Positions 40,772 to 52,039 of a stretch of DNA of 54,226 nucleotides are shown here, piece by piece. The position numbers and the translations under genes were made by a program. The notes beneath the pieces were generated by a model, which worked only from the letters and a program-made list of their open reading frames with translations, had not been told where the DNA came from and did no database searches. This DNA comes from Paraspadella gotoi (Eukaryota; Animalia; Chaetognatha). The stretch lies in NCBI GenBank assembly GCA_051294375.1, contig JBJCIZ010000744.1:795197-849422 (forward strand), in the 5' to 3' direction. Position 1 is the first letter of the stretch. Each line of letters begins with the position of its first letter.

Positions 40772-40991
40772 TGTGGAGAAATTAAACAACGCAACCTTGG
40801 TCAAACCATGACCTTACAACCTTACCTCGCTCATTTCCCCAACTATTTATGTTCAAAAGGTTGACTTTATGTCAACGTTGCCTTTGTAATACCATTGTAA
40901 TAGACTTAGCATCTGAGCATTTTGACTGTTATTGTTTACGTTGTTTGAGAATAAATCATTTCTTACTCTGACCTTGTTTGCGGGCGTCCAA
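40772..40991 (+). repeat. 3' LTR preceded by a polypurine tract (GGGGGGA, 40763-40769)
   Basis: Starts TGTGGA, ends GCGTCCAA (the 5' LTR ends GCGTCCACA), and is collinear with the 5' LTR. Confidence 0.85.
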
Positions 40992-41029
40992 GTGTTCTTT
41001 CGGAAAAGTGAGGCGGGGAGGAAAGAGTC

Positions 41030-41060
<31 letters not shown>

Positions 41061-41414
41061 AGGGAGAGAGACAACTAATATATGTTACGGAAAGACGACA
41101 GAAATAAACCAAGATAGGAGACAAATAGATCCAGAGACAGAGAGAGACAGAGAGAATAGAAATCGAGTTTGAAAATGGGATTTTCACAGAGAAAAGGAAA
41201 ATGAAAGTAAAAAAATATAATTACTAAGCTATCTGACTTGACAATTTGCATATGGAGAATGTTTATATTTACTGGTATGAAATTGAAACAACCAAAATAA
41301 AAATTATTCATTATTTGATAAATAAATTATCTTGATAATAAACATAGCAGGACCCTGCAGGATCAATCAAACATGTTTCAAATGTATTAAAGACACGACT
41401 TCTCCATGGTAAAT

Positions 41415-43104
41415 CGAATATTAAAGGAAACCAGGGCCAATATAAAAGTCCACGCTTTTTCCTCAACGATGTTACCGCAGGACAAGATACTAGAGACGCA
41501 AGGGACAAAGAAAAACCACAGAGAAAAGGACACAACGACAAACGACCAAAGCGAGTGACTCATTTTCGTACGAGAGGAAAAAAACACGGAAACGACGCGA
41601 GACGCGGAAGGGGGGGCGTGTCTACGTCTCGGCGTCCAACGAGAAATTACATGGGCGCGTACAGGCGATCGTCGATGACGAGAAAGAGAGGGGGGGACGG
41701 GGAGAGGGGGTGGGAGGGGAGTACGATGAATGGAAGGGTTGAAGAAGCTGAAGAAAATGGATACGAAAATGAAGAAACAAAAAAAGAACAAAATTGGGTT
41801 TAAAAAGAACACACATCACATACACGTGAGAAGCGGAACGGGAAGCGATTGAAAATTAGTTAAAAGAGGAAGCGCAAAATTGATATGAACTATGGAATGG
41901 ATGAAAATGAAAGAAGAAATGGATCAAAATTTGAGTAGAATTGAAGTGAGAGATGAAAGACAGAAATGGTTTAACAAAATGGAGCAAGAAAATGAGTGAG
42001 AGGTGAGAAGCAAATAAAAAAAACTGGATTCTCAAAATAGACAAAAGCGAGTAAATGAGTGAGAGAAATTGGAGCATATAAAAATGGATAGAACTGGAAA
42101 AATGGAGAAACCAGAAAATGAGTGATGAGAATGGAGCAAAAAATTGGATCCCAAAATGAGCAGCAAAATTAGTGGGGAAGAGAGGAAATGGAGCAAAAAA
42201 ATGGATCTCAAAATGGAGCAGAAAATTAGTGAGAGATGGAGCAAAAAAAATGGATCACCAATGTCAGTGTAGCAGTAAATGAGTGTGAGATGGAGCAAAA
42301 AATGGATCTCAAAATGAAGCAGAATGAAGTGATGAGATGGGTGCACAATGCGGGTGAAAAGATGGTGAGTATACGATGAGGAAGGAAAACAGAAAATACC
42401 GAGTCAGAGGAGAAAATGTAGACAAGATAAATGGGACAGTCGTCGCTGGATGGGAGGAAAGAAAGAAATGGTGGAAAAGGTGAAGTGAGAAAAGAAAAAA
42501 GGGAGGAAAGAGAAAGGGAAGGGAGGGAGGAAAGGAGAGAAAGAGAGGAAGGGAGGAAAGGGAGGGAGGGAGGAAAGGGAGAAAAAGGTTGAAATGAGGG
42601 AAAGGAGTGAGAGTAGAAGGAGGATTATAGAGGAAAAGAGAGATGAGAATGGAGGAATGAGTGAATAGGAGGAAGAAAAGAAAAAAAAGGAGAATGGAGA
42701 GGAGGAAGGAGGAGGGAGGAAAGGAGAGAGGGAGGGAATGGAGGAAAGGTGAATTGGAAGGAAAGAAAAAAGGTAGGTATGGAGGAAAGGAGAGTGGGAG
42801 GAAAGGAGAGAGGGAAGAATGGAGGAAAGGTGAATAGGAGGAAAAAAAGGAAGGAATGGAGGAAAGGAGAGGAGGAAGGAGGAAAAGGAGAGAGGGAGGA
42901 GGAGGAAAGGTGAATAGGAGGAAAAAAGCGAGAAAGGGAGGAGGAAGGAGAGAGGGAGGAGGGAGGAAGGGAGGAAAGATGGAAGGAAAAGGAGGAAATG
43001 GAGAGGAGGAAATGGAGGAAGGAAAAGGAGAAGGAAGGAGAAGGGAGAAAGGGAGATAGGAAATGGGGAGGCAAGAATGAAAGGCCGGAGAGAGAAAACA
43101 CCGT

Positions 43105-43147
<43 letters not shown>

Positions 43148-43255
43148 CTGAAGAAGAATGGCAGTACATACATTGGGACAGGAAGGTTTGCACAAACGAG
43201 CCAAGTGGGAAGGGAACGAATGTCTGATGCAATTAAAATGGAAGAGAGATAGAGA

Positions 43256-43305
<50 letters not shown>

Positions 43306-43782
43306 AAGCAGAGGAGAGAGAGGAGTTCGAACCATTTTCGAGAAAATAATTGACAAAGTATGATTTAACTTAAAAATAAATCATTATTCTTGTATATAGC
43401 AAAATGTAATCATATTATCTGAATGATTTGTTGTTGTTTTAAGTTGACGAAAAGGTAAAAGGACAAACAACTACGACACGGTACCGTATAAAATAATAAA
43501 TAAACGGTCTCATTTCAGCACTCGGTTAAAAAAAAAATAAGGAAAAAAAAAAATCGAAATACAAAAAAAAAAAAATGAAAAACAAAGATCAGAAATAAAG
43601 ATGAAAAGAACGACGCGATGGTCTGTTCGGGGCGGGAGTCGTAACGGGATGATATAGGGCCACACGTTTTCATTCGACACTGTCTCCACTCTTGCCAGGA
43701 TAAATGGCATTAAAAAAGCCCTTTCGAAAGTCTAGAATGTCGGACAACGACTAAGAGAAAGACGACGACGACGACGGACGAC
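41415..43782 (-). repeat. Right arm of the inverted duplication (copy of 33060-35374), including a GA-rich low-complexity tract
   Basis: Reverse-complement similarity to the left arm, ending at a 25-N gap. Confidence 0.88.
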
Positions 43783-44262
43783 NNNNNNNNNNNNNNNNNN
43801 NNNNNNNAAGACACAATGAAATTCGTCCCGAGATTTTCTGACATAAAATCCGTCGAACTTTCGTCTGATTCGTGACGTCTCTTTTACGGAGACGACGACG
43901 ACGACGATGACGACGGCGACGACGATGACGACGACGACTACGATAATGAAGACGACGTCGAATTTGTCACAGACGATGACGTGATCAGAGACAATGACAA
44001 AAACGATGACGACGTCAAAGACGACGACAACGACAGCAATATCAAAACGATAAAAAACATTTGTAAATTATTATCGATTGCAATGACAATAAAGATCGCA
44101 GATAATAAACATTGACAGAAAAAATAGAAAAATGAAAAAAATTTTTTCTGCTTTCAATTGGATAGAAGCGATTTATCGCGAGAAGAGAAACCGTATATAT
44201 TTTATTTGAAACACGTGCGTGCCGATGAGGAAGGAGAAATATATATATATATTATATAGAGA

Positions 44263-44319
<57 letters not shown>

Positions 44320-45127
44320 TTTATTCGTATCGACGAACCACTGAGCAATTGAATTCTTAACTTTATTTCTCCGAGACAAAAGGGAAAAAGAGAAAAAAGC
44401 GCAGACAACATAAACATTAAACAAAAACAAACAAATAAACCAAAACAAAACAGAGGAGCTCCTCGATATTGTTTGCCCCCATTATTATCAGAGGGAATGG
44501 GGTGGAGATGGGGGGGGGGTAATTAAAGGGAATTAAAGGTGTTTGACGTCGCTCGGAGGGAGGGTTGAGAAAAATCCAAGCGATTCTTTCTCCCTCAAAA
44601 AAAAAATCATAAACTTTGATGAAGATTAATTTTCTCTCTCATCTTTGGCGTCGATTGGAAGCGGAAGATTATTTTCCGGCGTCTTCCTCAGCGGCGCCGT
44701 CGGCGGCGTCATCGGCAACGTCTTCGCGTTGATGCAAAAATGACGAGAAAAAACTCTGGTTTTTTTATCACCATTTTTATCGAGTTTTCATCGCAGTTTT
44801 ATTTCTCTCTGACGAAAGGGGGATTTGTGTCTCAAGCATTTTTTTTTTGGTCGGTCAGTCGTCTCCAAAATTTATTATGAATATAATAACGAAAAATGAA
44901 ACGACATAAATCTAAATTTAAGGACATAAATCTAAATTTAACGTATCGGAATAAAATTGGTGATGAAATTACTCAACAAATTCCAAGTCTTTTTGTTCGC
45001 TATTATGTTTTCAATCGTTTTGTTTGTTTTTATTCTTTTCTTTTCGGAAAAATAAAAGTTGGCGAGAAATTGGACGGTCGCTTCCGGGCGTCGGAAAGAA
45101 GACGCGGCCTTCATCCGTAACCGCTTT

Positions 45128-45141
45128 GTCGTTATGGCAAC
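45128..45141. promoter_or_regulatory. Candidate RFX X-box
   Basis: GTCGTTATGGCAAC has a perfect ATGGCAAC half and an imperfect 5' half relative to GTTGCCATGGCAAC. An ETS-like CTTCCGG lies at ~45081 in a locally GC-rich patch. Confidence 0.35.
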
Positions 45142-46738
45142 CTGACCGTTTCTGAAAGTTATGATCGAGAGGAAAGTTTAAAACTCGACAAACATATTGT
45201 ATGGATAGAACCTTGCGTCACTGTATATTGTATAATAGTGTATAATGTATTGTTCAAAACTACAGTATAATGTACATTGAAGAAACAACATCATTATTAT
45301 TTTTTAGTATGTGCAAAATACGTTTGGCTACTATTATACACGAGTCAAATATTCACATTCACATTGTTGGCGATGACTTTCTTGATCACATCAAATAGCC
45401 AGTTGTATTCTCTGAAATCACTTGTGAGTTATAAAAAAATCTATATATTTATACATTATAGTTGGAGAAAGCGTATAATTAATTTAGCTTCACTTAGACC
45501 GATCGAATATCTGAATCATAGGTTTTCCGTTTAATATTTTGCTGAGCGCTGCCCCGCGATCAGCTGATTTAACTTACGAGCGTTTATTAGTTAAAAATCT
45601 TTTTTTTTGGCGAATTCAATGTATACGTGTTTAAAAATTAGAGAAAACAAAGTTTGTTTACAAATAACGTTGTTTGTAAACAAATATTTTTTTTCTCTTT
45701 AACGAAATACGCAACGAAAAGAAAGTCTAATTTGGACTAATTAAACATTGTTTATTTTTATAGTTTTAACTTACTTCTTTCATCTTGGCACTTGAGTTGC
45801 AACTTGCCTACTTACTTACTTACTTACTTACCTGAGATTGGAAATGGTTTGATCTCAAAACGTAGTTACTGTTTCTGTTTTAATACAACATGGTTATAAG
45901 AATTTAAGGTTATAGTTCAGGTATTTCACACGTTAGTACTGTTTCATTCACAAAGATATTTTTTTCAAGAGCAATTGAACACGGATTTTAATTCAATGAT
46001 TATTTAGGGCACGGATTCAGGATACTGGTTTATCTTTAGCACGCACAAGCGCTTAGTTAGAAATCTACTATGAAATTAAATTCAATAGGGGCGGGGGTTT
46101 CAAAACTTTAGTCTTGAAGTCTACTTTTAGGTAAAAAAGAATTTTTTTTAAAAGTTCGATTTTAATGCTTTTATTGTTGCTATAAAATTACAATATTACT
46201 ATATAATGATAAAAATTATTTTTAATCAATCTTAACTTTTTTTGATGGATTTTGATAAGAGCATAAAAAGTTAAATAAAAAATATTACTGACAACTTTCA
46301 AAATTTTTTATTCTTTCTCGGTCAAAATTAGAAAAAGTAATAAAAATTATTGAAAAGATGATGTGATGATAACTGATTATAAATATGTTTTCATATTTTT
46401 CACCCACTTATGATCAAAAATCGAAAAAAGAATTATACTTTTGTGTAGACAACTTTTTGCAAGCTACCTGAATCTGATCTTAAAAATAAAAATACCTAAA
46501 AAAATTTTAGCTTTTCTATTTATAAATAAATATTAAAAAATTAATATATGGAGTATGAAGTAATATTAAAATTTTTTGTCTATCAATTTTTTTAAAATGT
46601 CTAAAATTTTACGTTTGAGCAGGTGCTTATACAAATTTCTTAACCACCTTACTGAGATAGTCTCCCTAAGTTTAGTACTTATTACCCACGAATATCTCCG
46701 CACGCCGACTTCTCAATTTCTCTCTGCTTTATCTCTAG

Positions 46739-46909
46739 GCCAATCATCCTCATTTTCCCGCGGCTTTCTCTCTCAGCCAATGATATTGCTTTATCTATCA
46801 GCCAATTATATTTCTCCTTTTTTTCATCAGCCAATCATATTCAATCTTGAGGTTTTTAAAGGTCACATAACCGAAAACCAAATCTTCTTGAATTAACCTC
46901 GGTTAATTC
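46739..46909 (+). promoter_or_regulatory. Cluster of four CCAAT boxes, an E2F-like site and a hairpin
   Basis: GCCAAT at 46739, 46776, 46801 and 46830 in the same orientation. TTTTCCCGC at ~46753. GAATTAACC-TC-GGTTAATTC at 46890-46909. Confidence 0.4.
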
Positions 46910-47450
46910 TCTTGAAAATGAAGATGTTTTATGACTTTTAAGGTCAGTTTTCTATTCGATTGTTTTTTTTAATAATATATTTTTTAAAATTAGAATTTTT
47001 TAATTTTATTATTTATTATTAATATTTATTTTATTTTTTAAATAATATATTCCTAAAACTCAACAAATCTGTCTCCTATTCTTAGCGTTTAATATACTTA
47101 AAGATGACATCCCAGCTCAGATCAATTGCTTCCCTTTGTGCACGTTTTTTAGATACGATCGCATAGTGATTCACACAAATATATTCGTTCGATATGACTT
47201 CGACACAGGGATTTGCATATATCGTTGCTTTTAAATCTTCTCTTTTTCCGTTTCAGTTATTTTCTAATTTCTTTCATTTTTCTTTCACTTTTTCTTTCAC
47301 TTTTTCTCTCAATCCCAAAAACTGGAATCATTTTTTCTTTTCTTATCTTTNNNNNNNNNNNNNNNNNNNNNNNNNNNNNNNNNNNNNNNNNNNNNNNNNN
47401 NNNNNNNNNNNNNNNNNNNNNNNNNNNNNNNNNNNNNNNNNNNNNNNNNN

Positions 47451-50230
47451 CGGTTTGGGTCTGGAGAAGGTCTCCGGGGACTGCTATGGCTTCTCCGTAG
47501 ACTAAATCGGCTGGGGATGCGCCCACATCTGGTTTTAGAGTTGTGCGGATCGCGAGGAGGGTGCNNNNNNNNNNNNNNNNNNNNNNNNNNNNNNNNNNNN
47601 NNNNNNNNNNNNNNNNNNNNNNNNNNNNNNNNNNNNNNNNNNNNNNNNNNNNNNNNNNNNNNNNNNNNNNNNNNNNNNNNNNNNNNNNNNNNNNNNNNNN
47701 NNNNNNNNNNNNNNNNNNNNNNNNNNNNNNNNNNNNNNNNNNNNNNNNNNNNNNNNNNNNNNNNNNNNNNNNNNNNNNNNNNNNNNNNNNNNNNNNNNNN
47801 NNNNNNNNNNNNNNNNNNNNNNNNNNNNNNNNNNAGGTTGATGATAAAAATTGAGATCCTCGATCTGTAGTCACGGTCGCTGGAACCCCGAATGAGGCTA
47901 TCCAGCCATGTACGAAGGCGTCGGCGACGGTTTTGGCGGCAATGTCCTTGATAGGGACTGCGATCGGCCACCGAGTGAATCTGTCGACTGCTGTGAGGAC
48001 GTAATTATATCCGTTTGACGGAGGGAGAGTTACTATATCGATGTGGATGTGATTGAAGCGTTTGTCTGGCAACTCGAAGGTGCCGATCTCAGGCACTGTG
48101 TGACGGGTTACCTTGGCTCGCTGGCAATCTTGACACTCTCGAGCCCATCTCGACATGTCGGCTCTCATTGAGGGCCAGACAAATTTCTCGGCTACTGATT
48201 GACGAGTTCGCTCAACTCCAGGGTGGCCGAGATTGTGGACGGNNNNNNNNNNNNNNNNNNNNNNNNNNNNNNNNNNNNNNNNNNNNNNNNNNNNNNNNNN
48301 NNNNNNNNNNNNNNNNNNNNNNNNNNNNNNNNNNNNNNNNNNNNNNNNNNNNNNNNNNNNNNNNNNNNNNNNNNNNNNNNNNNNNNNNNNNNNNNNNNNN
48401 NNNNNNNNNNNNNNNNNNNNNNNNNNNNNNNNNNNNNNNNNNNNNNNNNNNNNNNNNNNNNNNNNNNNNNNNNNNNNNNNNNNNNNNNNNNNNNNNNNNN
48501 NNNNNNNNNNNNNNNNNNNNNNNNNNNNNNNNNNNNNNNNNNNNNNNNNNNNNNNNNNNNNNNNNNNNNNNNNNNNNNNNNNNNNNNNNNNNNNNNNNNN
48601 NNNNNNNNNNNNGAGGTCGACGCCATGTTGCAGAATTGAGAAGGCGAGTTGATTGAAGTTTTCTTGTTTCTCCGCGGGTTGATGGTCGCCACTATGGATC
48701 GGGAGAAGAATGGGGCGGAAGAAAGTAGGAAAAGAGGTTGGAGTGTGGGGGAAGTGGGGAGAAGAAGGGAGAATGATGAGGATCAGGATTCGTTTCGACG
48801 TTGGAACGAGAGAGAGAGTCAGCGACCACGTTGGCCTTGCCGACTAAGTTATTGGATAATCGTAGTCATACTCCCTATGCCAGCGAGTTGATTAGTTATG
48901 GCGACGGTGTGTGCGTTCGCGATTTTGTTGCTAAGGCAGGGACTGAACGAACTTGTGCGTGTGAATACGGAATTTTCGTCCCCTCGAATCATTGTCGGAA
49001 AAGAGTCGAACTGCTACGCCAACGCGGCGATAACTTCCCGATCGAAGGAGGGACCAAAACCTGTTGATGTTTTGTGCAGGTTTCGCCGAAAAGAAGCTAG
49101 AGGTTCCCAATCCTCTGGGCCCCTTTGCTCGAGGAGGCGCCCTATCGCCGTGTTTGAGCGTCGGAACGTGACGGCTCGAGTGGTGTGCGTTTTGGTGAGC
49201 GGACATGTCCGAGCAATTGTCGCTTATAGATAAAGCGCCTTTGATGGTCTCGAACGCCGTTTGGCACTCGGAGTCTCATTTAAGATGCAGTGGGCCGTGT
49301 CTTGCACTTCCAGAGCTTTCGAAAGAGAGGTTAAAATGGTGGGCGGATCTGGGAATAGAAACGCCTAATAGTAGTTTACTGAGTCCCAGGAATCTCTGCA
49401 ACTCTTTTTATGGATGTCGGTGGAAGTTCGTCTCGTTGATGCAGAGCGACCTCGATCGGCAGAGGGGAGATTCCCATTGGCGTCTGATCGCGATAGCCAG
49501 AAAATCCGTTCTCTGATTTCCGAGACTACACTTTTTTCATTTAACAACGAGGCGTTGTCATGGAAAATGTCGAAAAACCTCGCGAGAGGGTTTCATGTTC
49601 CTGGTTGGTCTGCGACGCCACGAGGATGTCGTCATGGTATACAAAGACCAAATGGAGGCCTCGTCAAGATCTCATCCATAAGTCTCGAAAATCTTGAGCC
49701 GCGTTTTGCAGGCGCAAATGGCGTTCGCAGGGAAAACATAGAGACCAAATGGTGTGATAACGGCATGTTTTGCGACGTCTTCCTCAGGCGACAGTATTTC
49801 GGTATAACTTTTAGCAGATCGACTTTTGCTAAATACCTTTTGCCGCTGAGGTTGGCGTTGAAATCGTTGATAGCGTTTTGAAACGGAATTGTTGTCGTCA
49901 ATTGTGGTAGTTGTGTGAGTCGACGAAGTCGCCATCAGACCGACTCGTGACCTCACGTTCTACGCTGTTTATTGACGACTAGTAACGGCGACGCCCACTC
50001 GCTTTGGCGCGGCGGCGATGCCGAGTTCGCACAGTTGCTGTCGAAGCTCCTTCTTGGCTACTTCGAGCTCTTGTCTGCGAGCTAAACGTCGGCGCTCCTG
50101 TGATTGTGTACTGGTCGGACGCAGTCCCGTTGGCATATAATGTTTTACCCCGTGTTTTGGTATCAGGTGGTTGAAATGAAGAGTACAGAGTTATGTATAG
50201 TATCGAGTTACTTGTAATATGGATATCCTC
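47451..50230 (-). mobile_element. Second Ty3/Gypsy pol remnant (RT degenerate or noisy, integrase clean, gapped)
   Basis: Integrase: [56 protein letters not shown] and LLAIRTTLKPDVGASPADLVYG. RT: NDFNANLSGK..KVDL, AVITPFGLYVF, RLMDEIL, FVYxDDILVAS (~49612-49645). PKHGVKHYI at ~50135-50160. No LTRs located. Confidence 0.9.
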
Positions 50231-50912
50231 CTGATGTACAAAGTTGACTCTGATCTGGTGTGCTTGTTTTTTGCTTTTAAGCGGTTATAGTACTAAAATC
50301 AATCAGGTCGATTAAAAAAAAGCGCATCTCTGTGGTTGGGAGCTATAATAGTGCTTCGCCAGGAAACTCTGAGCCGCAGTATGCGATTTTCAATGTAACT
50401 TTTTGATTTAGTCATTGGAATTGTTTGCACTGAAGCGTTTTAAACCTAACTATAAAAGTTTTGAGGGAATCTTGTGCAGTGGAATGAGTTTTAGATGGAA
50501 AAAGACATAAGTCAACATGTTACTTGAATCTTTAATATTAATGAATTACTAATAAATGTTTTAAATTAATTTAATTAGTTAATTAATTATATAAATTATG
50601 CTGAAAAAATTATGCAGAGTTAAAAAAAAAAATCTTAAATAGACATAAAGATCGTCGCACATTGCATAAAAAGAGAGAGAGATGAGGAGAGTGAGAGAGA
50701 CAAGGAGAACATAAAATAAAAATAAAGGATATTTGTTTGTTTTGATAAAAATGTAAACAAAAATATTTAATAACTGTCCTAACCAATTTCATAAGGACAC
50801 TCGATGATTGATAAGTTGTAATATAAATTAAAATTAATATTACATTCATTAAAATAAAGGTATATATTAATTAATAACGATTAATATAATTATATTAAAA
50901 ATTTATCGTTAG

Positions 50913-51968
50913 TGCAGATCCGACATTGTTTGCTCAAACTTGTTTTTCATCTCTCAGAGCTCGAGATCGATCCCACGAGTCGACGACCACGAAGGCGACG
51001 ACGACGACGGTGAGAAGGACGACGACGACGACGACTTGGCGTCCAGCGCCTTCGAATCGGCGATCGGCGCCAGAGGATACGCGGCCAGCGCTAATACCCA
51101 CTTTTCCGTGGCGACCGGCGCCAAGAAGGACGACGACGACGACGATTCGGCGTCCAGCGTCCGAAGTTTGGCGACCTGCGCCTTCGACGAGACGACCAGC
51201 GCCAATATCGACCTTTCCGTGGCGTCCAGCGCCTTCGACAAGACGACCAGCGTCCGTACGAACATTTCCGTGGCGTCCTTCCTCACGACGACCAGCGTCA
51301 GCATTTTGGCGTCCAGCGCCAGAGGAGGAGTGGACGACGCCCGCGCCGCCACCGGGGAGAGTGTGGGTGGCGAGGACCCCGGCGTCGCTCGTGGCGAAGC
51401 CGACTTCGCCAATTTGGGTGGCGCCATGGTCGTCGAGTTGGCGACGGCGGCGAAGGTCGACAACAACAACAACAGCAAAAACATCAACCGCAACAACATT
51501 CTCTACATTAGCCTCAACAACATTCTCCACAACAACCACCACAACATCCACTACGACAACATCCACAACATCCTCTACAACAATCACCTCTACATCTTCA
51601 ACTCCATCAGCCTCTACATCACCCTCTCCATCAGCCTCTGCAACAACCTCTACATCAGTCGCTACATCATCCCATCCATCAACCTCTACAACGCAATCTA
51701 CAACAACATTATCCACTCTAACAACCTCTACATCTCACTCTACAGCAATATCATCCACTCCATCAACAACTCCATCAACCTCTACAACATATTCTACAAC
51801 AACATCATTCACTCCATCAACCTCTACATCACACTCTATAACATCATCTCCATCGAGCTCTACATCACATTCTACGACAACATCATTCACTCCATCGACC
51901 TCTACATCACACTCTACAACATCATCCGCTTCATCAACCACTACACCATTCACAATTGCTTCAAAAAA
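50913..51968 (+). CDS. Probable internal exon of a mucin-like protein: (TFP)WRPAPS repeats followed by a Thr/Ser/Pro-rich stalk
   Basis: A 348-aa open frame (50926-51972) in AT-rich surroundings. Acceptor TCGTTAG ends at 50912 and donor GTAAGT starts at 51969. The length of 1056 nt is divisible by 3 (phase 2-2). Confidence 0.6.
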
Positions 51969-51998
51969 GTAAGTTTTCAAACGTCTAAAAAAGAATTC

Positions 51999-52039
51999 AC
52001 CCTAACCCCTAACCCTGAACCCTAACCCTAACCCTAACC
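51999..52039 (+). repeat. Short interstitial (CCCTAA)n telomere-type repeat
   Basis: ACCCTAACCCCTAACCCTGAACCCTAACCCTAACCCTAACC. Confidence 0.75.

Larger units (their letters stand above)
35375..40991 (+). mobile_element. Full-length Ty3/Gypsy LTR retrotransposon, CsRn1-like, with frameshifted gag-pol
   Basis: Paired ~220-235-bp LTRs, PBS and PPT. RT fragments: ELGIIRRSTSAWAS, DFNADVAG, MMDQVLSGIP, YLDDLLV (YLDD codons at 38308-38319). RNase H: ALTVDAS, WQPLGFHSK, ELLAA. Integrase: VHIDLVGPLP, IDRFT. The order RT-RH-IN is Gypsy-type. Confidence 0.93.

Noticed and set aside
35993-40864. Numerous short overlapping ORFs as separate genes
   Set aside because: They are frameshifted pieces or shadows of the Gypsy gag-pol.
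43870-44116. Asp-rich open stretch (DDDDYDNEDDVEFVTDDDV...)
   Set aside because: There is an in-frame TGA just upstream, no start codon or clear acceptor, and GAC-type repeats are common throughout this window.
50934-52025. Overlapping 361-aa (+), 260-aa (-) and 181-aa (-) ORFs
   Set aside because: These are shadow frames of the ACA/TCA/ACG-rich mucin-like exon. The Thr/Ser frame gives the most protein-like product.
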